Positions 28,916 to 37,174 of a DNA stretch of 64,000 bases are shown in pieces. Made by a program: the position numbers and the translations under genes. Source of the stretch: Candidatus Nanohalarchaeota archaeon (GTDB lineage: Archaea > Nanohalarchaeota > Nanosalinia > Nanosalinales > Nanosalinaceae); contig JALDAJ010000001.1 of NCBI GenBank assembly GCA_022729235.1, positions 832,001-896,000 on the forward strand. The letters are read 5' to 3'. The notes beneath the pieces are model-generated. The model saw only the letters and a program-made list of their open reading frames with translations. It did no database searches and was not told where the DNA came from. Position 1 is the stretch's first letter. Each line of letters opens with the position of its first letter.

Positions 28916-29392
28916 CTAGAGGTCGTAGATTTTATTTACAACGAAGGCTAACTGTCCTGCCTCTATGTAGTCAAGATTCCCGTTTCTGACTCTTGACTTT
29001 ATATCTTCAATTCCGCAGTAGACTTCATCATTCTGGTATTTGAGTAAGGTGTCTCTATTTTCATCGTAGTCTACTATACAAAACTCTGACCTGTCTTTAT
29101 CGTAGAGAACTTCACCGAGATGAAGCTTTCCTTGTTTTATTCCGAACAACATTCCTTGAGCTCCATATTTCAGTCTGAAGTTTCGAAGTTTACTCGATGC
29201 TTCTTCTATCTTTGAAGCACTGACTTCCGAGTTTTCTACATCTTTTCCGCTAACTGAGAAGTCTTCAGGTACTCTATATTTTCTTTCTGTCTTGTTCAAG
29301 TTCCATTCAGATTCTACAAGACCTGCCTCATTAAGAGTTTTCAGAGCATTTCTCACTTCTTGTATCTCTTCTTTACTAGGTTGTTCTGTCAT
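28916..29392 (-). CDS. hypothetical protein
   Basis: 158-aa ORF; GAGGT upstream. Confidence 0.65.
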   Translation of the reverse strand: MTEQPSKEEIQEVRNALKTLNEAGLVESEWNLNKTERKYRVPEDFSVSGKDVENSEVSASKIEEASSKLRNFRLKYGAQGMLFGIKQGKLHLGEVLYDKDRSEFCIVDYDENRDTLLKYQNDEVYCGIEDIKSRVRNGNLDYIEAGQLAFVVNKIYDL

Positions 29393-29426
29393 AAAAATTA
29401 TACCTCAGCGAAATGTAAAGTAAAGT

Positions 29427-29924
29427 ATGGACAGTAAATTGAAATGTGAAATAGCTGATGGCGATTGGAATTCCAGAAAAAGTCAGTGTGAGTTTAACAC
29501 TGTGTCCAATCATACAGATTGTGTAAAAAGAACGGTAAAAGAGGCTATAGGTAGCAGTATGACAGCAGGAGCAGAAGGAGCTGTCCTAAAAGGAACGAAA
29601 ACACTTGTACAGTGTTATGGTGAAAAATTTGTTTTCCAGCAAACTTACGAGAAACTAGAGGTGTCTGAAGAACACTCGGAAAGTTTCACTGCAGAAAGAA
29701 CTCGGCTTCAGACAGAAAACATAGCACAAAATACTTTGAAAGTTGCCGAGCAACCTGTGAAGCGTAGAGAGCCTGGTTTAGATGCAAGAAGCTTGGAAAA
29801 TAATGTTTCTGAGCAGAGAGAAAGTATAACTTGTCCGAAATGCGGTACAGAAATGAAGAAGACAATAGATTCAATTTATGTATGTTCTGAGTGCAACTCT
29901 AAATTTATTGAGGGCAAAACTTAG
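29427..29924 (+). CDS. hypothetical protein with C-terminal zinc ribbon
   Basis: CPKCG...CSEC. Confidence 0.55.
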   Translation: MDSKLKCEIADGDWNSRKSQCEFNTVSNHTDCVKRTVKEAIGSSMTAGAEGAVLKGTKTLVQCYGEKFVFQQTYEKLEVSEEHSESFTAERTRLQTENIAQNTLKVAEQPVKRREPGLDARSLENNVSEQRESITCPKCGTEMKKTIDSIYVCSECNSKFIEGKT

Positions 29925-29951
29925 AGGGAAAATAGCTACAGATTCAAAAAA

Positions 29952-30404
29952 TTATTTTACATTCAACTTCTCCTCACGTTTCATACTACAAAACTCTTCT
30001 CTAGATATTATTACGTGGTCAAGTAGCTGGACATCGAACTTCTCCAAGCAGGTCTGAACCTGTTCGGTTGCCTTTAAGTCAGACGTGGATGGTTCTGCGC
30101 TGGTCGAGGCGTGGTTGTGGACTAGGATGACTGCTTCTGCATCAGTAAGGACTGCGGTTCTGACAATATCCTTCACGTCCAGGGAAGTCTGCATCGACTG
30201 TCCGAGGGAAATCAGTTTGTCACCGATAACCTTGTTGTCGTTGTTCAGGTAGACGACGTAGAGAGGTTCCTTCATCTTTCGGCGCAGGAACTGATACCTA
30301 TCTTTGATGTGCTGGAGGCTGGCTACCTGGTCTCTGCCCTCTTCGACTTGCTGGAGACTGCTTCCGCTGTGATTGTTCCGAAACTGTATTCCATAGACTA
30401 ACAC
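29952..30404 (-). CDS. RadC-like JAB domain protein
   Basis: E..YVVYLN, VHNH...PS..D, LLDHVII. Confidence 0.85.
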   Translation of the reverse strand: MLVYGIQFRNNHSGSSLQQVEEGRDQVASLQHIKDRYQFLRRKMKEPLYVVYLNNDNKVIGDKLISLGQSMQTSLDVKDIVRTAVLTDAEAVILVHNHASTSAEPSTSDLKATEQVQTCLEKFDVQLLDHVIISREEFCSMKREEKLNVK

Positions 30405-30441
30405 TTCTTGGAAGAAGTATGGGGTGAGGGAGAGGCAGGAC

Positions 30442-31827
30442 CTAGATTTTGCCTGCGCCTCCCTGTAGACCTTTCTGATTTTTCTCGATGACTACTACTT
30501 CTTGTTCGGTCTTGTTTCTTGCTATTTTGTCGGTGAGTGCGTGTCCGCAGGTGCAGAGGTCTCTGGTCGGTGGGTGGATTGTCTCGCAGTTCCCGCATTT
30601 CTTCCTGTCAAGCGCTTTCAGGTCTCTGTCGTCTTCTGGTTCGATTCCTTGTGCGAGAAGCCTGTCTCTCCCTTCTATCTTGTCAGGTTCTAATGTGTAA
30701 TCTCTGACTTGTTGAAGGTCGCTCCACCCTCCTCTGTCAGCTACTTCGCCTATATCCCAGTCTGCAATTTTGCGGTAATACGTTACCATCGAAAAACGGT
30801 ATGCGTGAGGGTTATGGCGTTTATCTAGGTTGATATTGTCTGCTAGTCTTTCCAGGGCTTTGGATATGCTTCTTCTGGACATTTGGTCTCCTCTATCCTT
30901 TGCTTTCTCTCCGTCTGGCGTGTATGAGTCTTGGAGGACGCAGAAGATGTAGGCTTCTGGGTTATCGCTTCGAGGGTGGTATTCCAGCCATTCACGGAGA
31001 AGATGTGTGCAACGTGTTAAATGGTTCTCTCTTTTTGGGCGCAGACTCTTGTTTTTCTGACTGTTCAGAGTTAGTGTGGTGTGTGTATCGTGTCTGGTTA
31101 CGTCCTTTATCTGGAGTGTTCTGATTTCCTCCAAACGAGCCCCTGTACAGTAGAATAGGAGTGGTAGGAGGGCATCTCTCCTGTTTTTTGCGGATTTCGC
31201 CATTGCCATTACTTCGTCTGGGAAGATGAAGTCGTAAATCCTCTTCAGTTCTTTCTTCCCTGGGTGGGAGGTGTTCGTGACCTCTGAGTCGAGGATGTTC
31301 CAGATACGGGGTGGTCTGTCTCTTGGAGGGAACATCGTCTTGTAGAACTTCTGGAGGCAGACACGTCTATCCCGCTTTGTGGTTGCGGAGACATCTTGCT
31401 GGTCTATTGCGTCAGCAAGTTTTCCTATGTCTTCCAGTGTTGCTTCTAAAAGCTTGAAATCGGTGTGTGGTAGAATTTGTCCGAACTGTGACAGGTATTT
31501 CTCAAGCCTGTAGTCGCTGATTTGGTCGTCTCGGACAGAGTTGAGTTCGTGTATGAACTCTTCTACTGCTTCTCCGTTTTCAGGGGAGACGTAGTCTTTG
31601 TCTAGAAGGTTTTGAAGTCGTCTTTGGATGTGTGGTGACAGAGTTGAATCTGTCGTTTTGTCTGTGTTGTCGTCTTCGTTGTGTTCTGGTTTCATTTCAA
31701 AGGGTTCACCTGATGTTTGAGTGAACCCTTCGGGTCGGTCGGGGTTTCCCCGCCCGTTCACCTGTTCGAGGAGTTGCCTCCTCTTATCTTTGTATTCCCG
31801 TTCCGTTATGGCTTGGGAATCCTTCAC
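30442..31827 (-). CDS. tRNA-targeting tyrosine integrase with C-terminal zinc ribbon
   Basis: TGARLEEI, SQK, PHAYR, GW...VRDY; CGNC...CTCG; starts ~80 nt from the tRNA 3' end. Confidence 0.92.
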   Translation of the reverse strand: MKDSQAITEREYKDKRRQLLEQVNGRGNPDRPEGFTQTSGEPFEMKPEHNEDDNTDKTTDSTLSPHIQRRLQNLLDKDYVSPENGEAVEEFIHELNSVRDDQISDYRLEKYLSQFGQILPHTDFKLLEATLEDIGKLADAIDQQDVSATTKRDRRVCLQKFYKTMFPPRDRPPRIWNILDSEVTNTSHPGKKELKRIYDFIFPDEVMAMAKSAKNRRDALLPLLFYCTGARLEEIRTLQIKDVTRHDTHTTLTLNSQKNKSLRPKRENHLTRCTHLLREWLEYHPRSDNPEAYIFCVLQDSYTPDGEKAKDRGDQMSRRSISKALERLADNINLDKRHNPHAYRFSMVTYYRKIADWDIGEVADRGGWSDLQQVRDYTLEPDKIEGRDRLLAQGIEPEDDRDLKALDRKKCGNCETIHPPTRDLCTCGHALTDKIARNKTEQEVVVIEKNQKGLQGGAGKI

Positions 31828-31865
31828 GTCGCCGAAAGGCTTGTAGTGGGAAAACCGTTTCTATT

Positions 31866-31911
31866 CACCCACAAAGAGTGTGGGCTTTCGAAACGATTTT
31901 CACGAAGCCCC
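31866..31911 (+). repeat. tRNA-proximal att site, right boundary of the element
   Basis: Hairpin CCCACA-aagag-TGTGGG, TGTGGGCTTTCGAA (31879-31892), 12 nt, AAGCCCC (31905-31911) overlapping the tRNA 3' end. Confidence 0.8.
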
Positions 31912-32053
31912 GCCCGAGATTTGAACCCGGGACCTCGTCCTGTTTGTTGACTGATTCCGCCGTAGGCGGCGACCACCGAAGTGTGGTCCTTGCGTGTGGA
32001 CCGAGCGTAACCAGTCCTACCAAGGACGTGCTCTACCGCTGAGCCAGCGGGGC
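31906..32053 (-). tRNA. tRNA-Thr(GGT) with 76-nt intron at 37/38 (31942-32017)
   Basis: GCCCCGC/GCGGGGC acceptor stem, CGTCC-TTGGTA^A-GGACG anticodon arm, GGTTCAAAT T-loop; relaxed BHB. Confidence 0.93.
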
Positions 32054-32193
32054 AACGGTTGTTGGTCCGCTTCAGAAACTCTGGGTTTCGTCAGCGGGGC
32101 GTGTATCTTGTTGATAGGTGGTAAGTTCTTTAAATTCGAAGGTTGTTGTTCAGTGTATCAGAATTTAAGTTTTGCCGTAAGCTGGTTCTCTGC

Positions 32194-32589
32194 ATGACGG
32201 ATGAGGGATTCCCGGATAGGGACGAGTTGTGTAGTTTTAATGAGTATCTCTTAGACGGGACTGAGTATCTGGAGGTCGTTGAAAGGTTGGAAAATACTGA
32301 GTATGAGCGGGATGAAGTTGCGGAGGCTTTGAATGAACTGGCTGAGGACCCTGAGCTCTTGGAGTTCCTGAATGAGGTTAAAAGAGGGCATAATGATTGG
32401 AAGCGTCTGTACGAGATTTACGGTCGCTCTTTTAATGATTACAGGAAGCGTCTGGAGTCATGTGGCATGATAAAGTCGATTGACAAGTGCGGCAGGGAAA
32501 GAGATTTTGGGCTGACCTGGCTGTCTCGGAAGTATTTTGAACATCTTCAGAATTTCGATACGGATAGTTTGAGGAGTGCTTCGGATTAG
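32194..32589 (+). CDS. hypothetical protein, possible wHTH
   Basis: Acidic ORF from ATG 32194 (track starts 32143); RLESCGMI...FGLT. Confidence 0.6.
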   Translation: MTDEGFPDRDELCSFNEYLLDGTEYLEVVERLENTEYERDEVAEALNELAEDPELLEFLNEVKRGHNDWKRLYEIYGRSFNDYRKRLESCGMIKSIDKCGRERDFGLTWLSRKYFEHLQNFDTDSLRSASD

Positions 32590-32599
32590 TTTCTGCTGG

Positions 32600-33478
32600 T
32601 TACATCGCGACCAGTACTATGCCGGCTATCAGTATCAGCGATCCAAGGAGTTTCTGGAGTACGTGGGTTTCCCCGAAGATCTGACCGCCGGCTATTATTG
32701 TCAGCGGTATCTGCACCTGGAGTACAGGGATTACCTTGCTTGCCTCCGCAAGTGATAGTGCGGTCAGTATGGATAGGTATGCTCCTGCACCGGCAAGCCC
32801 TGCGACGCTGTAGACTATTTTCCGTGATGATAATTCGTTCCTGAATGTCTCGATGTGATCTCCGTTCCTGCCCTGGAGGTAGCCGTTGATAGCTATCGCC
32901 ATGGTCAGGAGTATGAAAAACGTGTATACTTTGGGGTCAAGTGTCTGTGTAACGTACCGGTCTGTTACGGCTGCAACCCCGAATACAGCTGCTGATGCGA
33001 GAGACAGCTGTGCGCCTCTGTCTGTTTTCAGGTTGGTGAAGGGTTCCAGGAAGTGAGTCCTGTTTTCCAGGAGGACGATGTAGCTTCCCAGCGTTACAAG
33101 TATTATACCTGAGCCGAGGCTGAGTGTTATGACTTCGTGGAGTATTATAACTCCTAGTACGGCGACGAATACTGGCTGGAGACGGCTTAGAGGCATCGCG
33201 ATTGATAGGTCGGTTTTCTTGAGTCCGTGGTTGAGAGCGAGTATGCCGAATACGTTCGCCAGTCCTGAAAGCAGGATGAAAGGAGCGAACTGTGTTAAGG
33301 TATCAAGGTGTGTTGTGGAGATATAGTAGAGGAAAACGGGTAGGTAGAAAGCTGTGGATATCACGGCGTATATCGATGTGTAGGTTACTGCCGAGGTGTC
33401 CTCCATGACTTCCTTGCTAATCACTGCCACTGCTGCAAAAAGGATAGCTGCGATTAATGCGGTGTAGAACCAGAGCAT
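32600..33478 (-). CDS. EamA/DMT family transporter
   Basis: About ten TM helices in two repeats; PVFVAVLG..ILHE; GE...KLLG. Confidence 0.9.
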   Translation of the reverse strand: MLWFYTALIAAILFAAVAVISKEVMEDTSAVTYTSIYAVISTAFYLPVFLYYISTTHLDTLTQFAPFILLSGLANVFGILALNHGLKKTDLSIAMPLSRLQPVFVAVLGVIILHEVITLSLGSGIILVTLGSYIVLLENRTHFLEPFTNLKTDRGAQLSLASAAVFGVAAVTDRYVTQTLDPKVYTFFILLTMAIAINGYLQGRNGDHIETFRNELSSRKIVYSVAGLAGAGAYLSILTALSLAEASKVIPVLQVQIPLTIIAGGQIFGETHVLQKLLGSLILIAGIVLVAM

Positions 33479-33510
33479 ATGACTTCTCTAGAAACTTGGC
33501 GTTGAAATAC

Positions 33511-33672
33511 TTATCCTGCGAACTGGTCGTTCTTCTTTCTCAGGTGAGGGTAGCCGCATTTCCTGCAGGATGTTTTCTCCGGGTTAGTGGTTCTGTTACG
33601 GGCGTTGCATCTCCTGCAGATGTAGATGTTTCCGAAAACCCTTTCTTCAGCTTCCTCGAATTTCTGGGCCAT
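33511..33672 (-). CDS. rpl40e: 50S ribosomal protein L40e (not in ORF track)
   Basis: MAQKFEEAEERVFGNIYICRRCNARN...CRKCGYPHLRKK; GGTGA upstream. Confidence 0.9.
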   Translation of the reverse strand: MAQKFEEAEERVFGNIYICRRCNARNRTTNPEKTSCRKCGYPHLRKKNDQFAG

Positions 33673-33710
33673 TAGATGTTCACCTTAGTTACCGTTGGCG
33701 GACTTTAACT

Positions 33711-34244
33711 TTAAGTAACCTTCAATACTTCTCTCACTGGTTCCAGGTACGGCTCCCGCATCTCCTCTCCGGATTCTTCCAGGTCTTGCAGGGTCCAGTA
33801 CCGTGCTTTTTCAGCATCATCGCCGGCATTAACTCCTCCTTCGACTTCTTCCTTACTTATGAGGTAGACAAGTACCAGGACGTAGCCTCTTCCAGGCTGT
33901 TCTATGAAAACTGTATCGAAAAGCTCTAATTCATCTGGATTAGCCTCAACCGAGGTTTCCTCTTTTAGCTCCCTGGCGGCTCCTTTCTCTGGTTCTTCAT
34001 CCTGCTCCAGGAAACCTGCAGGAATACTCCATTTACCCTTGTCCGGCTCGATTCCGCGTTTTATCAGGAGCGTCTCCTCGTTTCCAGTAACTACCACTCC
34101 TGCCGCAGGTTTGGGGTTCTGCCATATGACTTCTTCACAGGTCTCGCAGTAGAACCGTTTTCTGTCGTCTACGTACTTTGTCGACAGTTCAGAGCTGCAG
34201 AATGGGCAGAACCGCGGGGTTCCAGGACAGGATAGGTTGGTCAT
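33711..34244 (-). CDS. NUDIX hydrolase with N-terminal zinc ribbon
   Basis: FCPFC..CETC; PAGFLEQDEEPEKGAARELKEET. Confidence 0.9.
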   Translation of the reverse strand: MTNLSCPGTPRFCPFCSSELSTKYVDDRKRFYCETCEEVIWQNPKPAAGVVVTGNEETLLIKRGIEPDKGKWSIPAGFLEQDEEPEKGAARELKEETSVEANPDELELFDTVFIEQPGRGYVLVLVYLISKEEVEGGVNAGDDAEKARYWTLQDLEESGEEMREPYLEPVREVLKVT

Positions 34245-34304
34245 GAGGGATTTTGAGGGAGTAGTGCTCTAATTTGTTTCTGTTACCTGTGGTGACATGT
34301 ATCA

Positions 34305-34958
34305 TTGTTCGAATATGATGAACAGTATTTAAGGTTTGGTGTTTCTCCCAACCCGGAAATGGCGAAAGAGTCAAGAGAGGTAGATGGAGAGGAAGTTTAC
34401 GGCGAGATAAACCCTGTTCGCGAGTACGAGGGTGTCGATGTCGAGCAGTTTGAGAGGATGACTGGCGCGCCTTACAGGCACTGGAAAATGCAGAGAGGAG
34501 TTCCCCATGATGGATCAAAGAATGAGACGGATAAATACGATATTGGCTTTCACGATATCGAAGATGTCTACCTTCTCGCAGTGCTCGGGAGGGATATGCT
34601 TGAAAGCTACGGCGATTCTGGTTTCGGTGATATCCTCGAGGTTTTTGAGAAGACAGACTTCGACAACCCGTACGATGAGATAGGTCACGAACTCAAGAGA
34701 GACAGGGGAGGGTACACCTTCCTGGACTGGATGGAGGAGGAACCTGTCCAGAGCCTTACAGAAAGCTACGGCTGGAAAACCCCCGGTCATTTCGACCAGA
34801 CAGTTCAACGTCTAGCCACATTTACTAATCATATTGACTCCGCGCTAGATGCTGAAGGTCCTTACAGCGAAGGAGTGCCTGCTGTACACCTTCAATCTTA
34901 CAGGCAGGGCGCACAACGGGCAGAAGAGCTTGTCCGGGAACTTGAAGACTTGGTGTAG
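34305..34958 (+). CDS. hypothetical protein
   Basis: 217-aa acidic ORF; true start may be internal. Confidence 0.65.
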   Translation: MFEYDEQYLRFGVSPNPEMAKESREVDGEEVYGEINPVREYEGVDVEQFERMTGAPYRHWKMQRGVPHDGSKNETDKYDIGFHDIEDVYLLAVLGRDMLESYGDSGFGDILEVFEKTDFDNPYDEIGHELKRDRGGYTFLDWMEEEPVQSLTESYGWKTPGHFDQTVQRLATFTNHIDSALDAEGPYSEGVPAVHLQSYRQGAQRAEELVRELEDLV

Positions 34959-35031
34959 TTGTAGAAACGAAGTCGCGGAACACAGCGTTTGAACCCGAAA
35001 CGCTGTTCGAGCACTTTTCGAATACGAAAAG

Positions 35032-35136
35032 CGCGGAGCGCGGGATTTGAACCCGCGTCCTCACCGCGCCGCCCATACAACAGACGTTGATATGGTTGAC
35101 AGGGTGAGATGATGGGCCGGACTACACCAGCTCCGC
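35032..35136 (-). tRNA. tRNA-Asp(GTC) with 30-nt intron at 37/38 (35067-35096)
   Basis: GCGGAGC/GCTCCGC acceptor, TCACC-CTGTCA^C-GGTGA, GGTTCAAAT; canonical BHB (CTGT/GCGG helix). Confidence 0.93.
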
Positions 35137-35210
35137 GTGAATCTGCAAACTGTAAATCGATATTTAACTGGAATTCTTTTAAACACTTAAGCCTCCAGAG
35201 GTTTGACAGG

Positions 35211-36461
35211 ATGTCAGAAAGATATGTTATAATCGGTGACGGTATCGCAGGAGCCGCGGCTGCAGAGACTATAAGAGAAGAACAGGGATACGCAGAGATC
35301 GCGGTCCTCACTGATGAGTCCGAGCCGCTTTACAACCGAATCATGCTGAAGACGTATATGAAAGGCAAGCTCCCGCTCCAGTACACGCGCGTCCACGATA
35401 AGAGCTGGTATGAGGAGAGAGACATAGAACTTGAGCTTGAGACCCGGGTCGTTGATGTTGATACGGAGGATAATACTGTCAGGACGGAGAGCGGCGACAC
35501 ATATGATTACGATAAACTGCTGGTCGCGACAGGCGGTTCACCGAGAAAGCTGCCGTGTGATGAGGGCTACGACAACGTTCACTACATGTGGACGATGGAC
35601 GACGCCAGGAAGATGCGAGAGGTCGCTGAAGAATCGGAGCGCGCTGTAGTTATCGGCGGAGGTCTTCTTGGAATCGACTTCGCGGTCGTCTTCGCAGAGC
35701 ACGGCGCGGACGTGGACTACCTCATACGCGGTGAGAACTGGTGGAGACGCGGTCTCGATAGAGAGGGTGCGGAGATAATCCACGAGAAGCTGGAGGAGAA
35801 AGGAGTCAACATAGTAACAAATACTGAGGTCGAGGAGTTTGAAACCGAAGATGGTGAGGTCACTGCCGCAGTCAGTAAAGAAGGGAAGCATTTCGAGTGC
35901 GACACTGTCGCGGTTGCTATCGGACAGACACCGAACAGCGACTTCATCAACGTGGAGAAGAACGATAGAGGGATGATCAAGACTGACAAGTACCTCCAGA
36001 CCTCTGAATCTAACATCTATGCGGCGGGAAACATGGTCGAGTACGACTCGCCCGTGTTCGAGCGCAGGCTCTGCAACGGCTCCTGGGACCACAGCGAAGA
36101 GATGGGAGAGACTGCCGCGCTTAACATGGTGGGCGCAGATTTCTCAGACGAGAAATCCTGCTCTGAGCAACAGTCTGGAGAAGACTGGTGCGGGCGAGAT
36201 GAGTTCGACTACGTCAACACCTACGGCGTCGGCCACTTCGATGTACAGTTCCTGGCGATCGGTGACTGGGATGGAGAGCCAGTTTCAAGAGACTATGATG
36301 CAGAGGGACACTACAGAAGGTTATTCTTCCGAGACGATAGACTGGTTGGCGCGGTTATGATAGGGTACACGAGAGGCCAGGAAGAAATCAGGAGGATGAT
36401 ACGGGAGAAGGAGAAGGTCGATGACAGGGAGAAACTTCTGGATAAGGATTATGGGAAGTGA
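35211..36461 (+). CDS. NAD(P)/FAD-dependent oxidoreductase
   Basis: IIGDGIAG, VATGG.P, VIGGGLLG, IYAAG; start moved to ATG 35211 because the longer ORF overlaps the tRNA. Confidence 0.9.
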   Translation: MSERYVIIGDGIAGAAAAETIREEQGYAEIAVLTDESEPLYNRIMLKTYMKGKLPLQYTRVHDKSWYEERDIELELETRVVDVDTEDNTVRTESGDTYDYDKLLVATGGSPRKLPCDEGYDNVHYMWTMDDARKMREVAEESERAVVIGGGLLGIDFAVVFAEHGADVDYLIRGENWWRRGLDREGAEIIHEKLEEKGVNIVTNTEVEEFETEDGEVTAAVSKEGKHFECDTVAVAIGQTPNSDFINVEKNDRGMIKTDKYLQTSESNIYAAGNMVEYDSPVFERRLCNGSWDHSEEMGETAALNMVGADFSDEKSCSEQQSGEDWCGRDEFDYVNTYGVGHFDVQFLAIGDWDGEPVSRDYDAEGHYRRLFFRDDRLVGAVMIGYTRGQEEIRRMIREKEKVDDREKLLDKDYGK

Positions 36462-36549
36462 AGATTTTTGAACGTAGTAATGATTCTTGTACACGAACAA
36501 AGATGTTGTTACCAATAAGTTAATAAATAATTTGTTGTGGTTATATTGT

Positions 36550-37170
36550 ATGGAACTTTCCTCGCTGGATTCTCGTAAGAAGTATACGGAAGAAGATCTG
36601 ACTACATATTATCATGGCGTCAGCTGTGCCTCATGTATAGAAGGAATTTTAGATGAGGGAGCATTGGTATCCAAGAACAGGGGGGAAAGCATAGGCTATG
36701 ACATTATGGTTACACACCTCCATGAAGACATAATCAGGCACGCTGGCTCGAATATCACGAAAGTTAATCTGAGCGATGCTGAAGCTGTTAAATCCTATGT
36801 AGAAGAGCATAATGAAGAATTAATGGAGGCAGGAACCTGCTATACAAAGTGGCTTATGGATGAGTCTGTAGAGTACGGAAGAGGTTTAGATTTTAAGAAT
36901 GATCTTGTTTGGTTAGCGAGGGTTAAAGAAGAAGCGAATAACTATTCTGCTACAGAAGAAGTATGTAATAAGAGGTCAGGAGGTATTTTCGAGTTATCTC
37001 TACCTGAGGGAGATGTACTGAATATGGGGATAAGAGGAGGAGTTCCTGGCGACGTACCCTTAGAGTTCGCCGATGTACTCTATCTTGAAAACATGAATGA
37101 GGAAGAGGGCGAAGAAATATGGCTGGAGTTCGTAAGCTCCAGATATGATGTGAGGATTAAACGGATTTAG
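36550..37170 (+). CDS. hypothetical protein, possible ADP-ribosyltransferase-like fold
   Basis: YYHG...ILDEGAL.S, VWLA...A.NYS, GIFEL; start at MELSS. Confidence 0.5.
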   Translation: MELSSLDSRKKYTEEDLTTYYHGVSCASCIEGILDEGALVSKNRGESIGYDIMVTHLHEDIIRHAGSNITKVNLSDAEAVKSYVEEHNEELMEAGTCYTKWLMDESVEYGRGLDFKNDLVWLARVKEEANNYSATEEVCNKRSGGIFELSLPEGDVLNMGIRGGVPGDVPLEFADVLYLENMNEEEGEEIWLEFVSSRYDVRIKRI

Positions 37171-37174
37171 GAGA

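Larger units (their letters stand above)
2955..31911. mobile_element. ~29 kb integrative element / defence island at the 3' end of tRNA-Thr(GGT)
   Basis: Integrase next to the tRNA 3' end; AGCCCC direct repeat and 14-bp terminal inverted arms; MCM, second recombinase, RM/defence genes, RadC; visibly AT-richer than the core genes to the right. Confidence 0.85.

Noticed and set aside
30442-31827. Classical integron integrase (IntI)
   Set aside because: No recognisable IntI-specific insertion and no GTTRRRY/RYYYAAC attC pattern; it looks like a tRNA-targeting integrase.
2955-31911. Call as a provirus
   Set aside because: No capsid, terminase, portal or spike gene recognised; HerA is paired with NurA rather than with virion genes.
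31717-32197. ORFs 31717..31950 and 31994..32197
   Set aside because: Overlap the integrase start, att site and tRNA-Thr.
33457-33675. Plus-strand 72-aa ORF
   Set aside because: Antisense to rpl40e.
34825-35311. ORFs across tRNA-Asp and the 35109 start of the oxidoreductase
   Set aside because: Overlap the tRNA; the Rossmann motif begins just after ATG 35211.
36131-36196. GGGCG direct repeat as a target-site duplication of the in-frame insert
   Set aside because: Copies are 61 nt apart, not a multiple of three, so a clean TSD would have shifted the frame.
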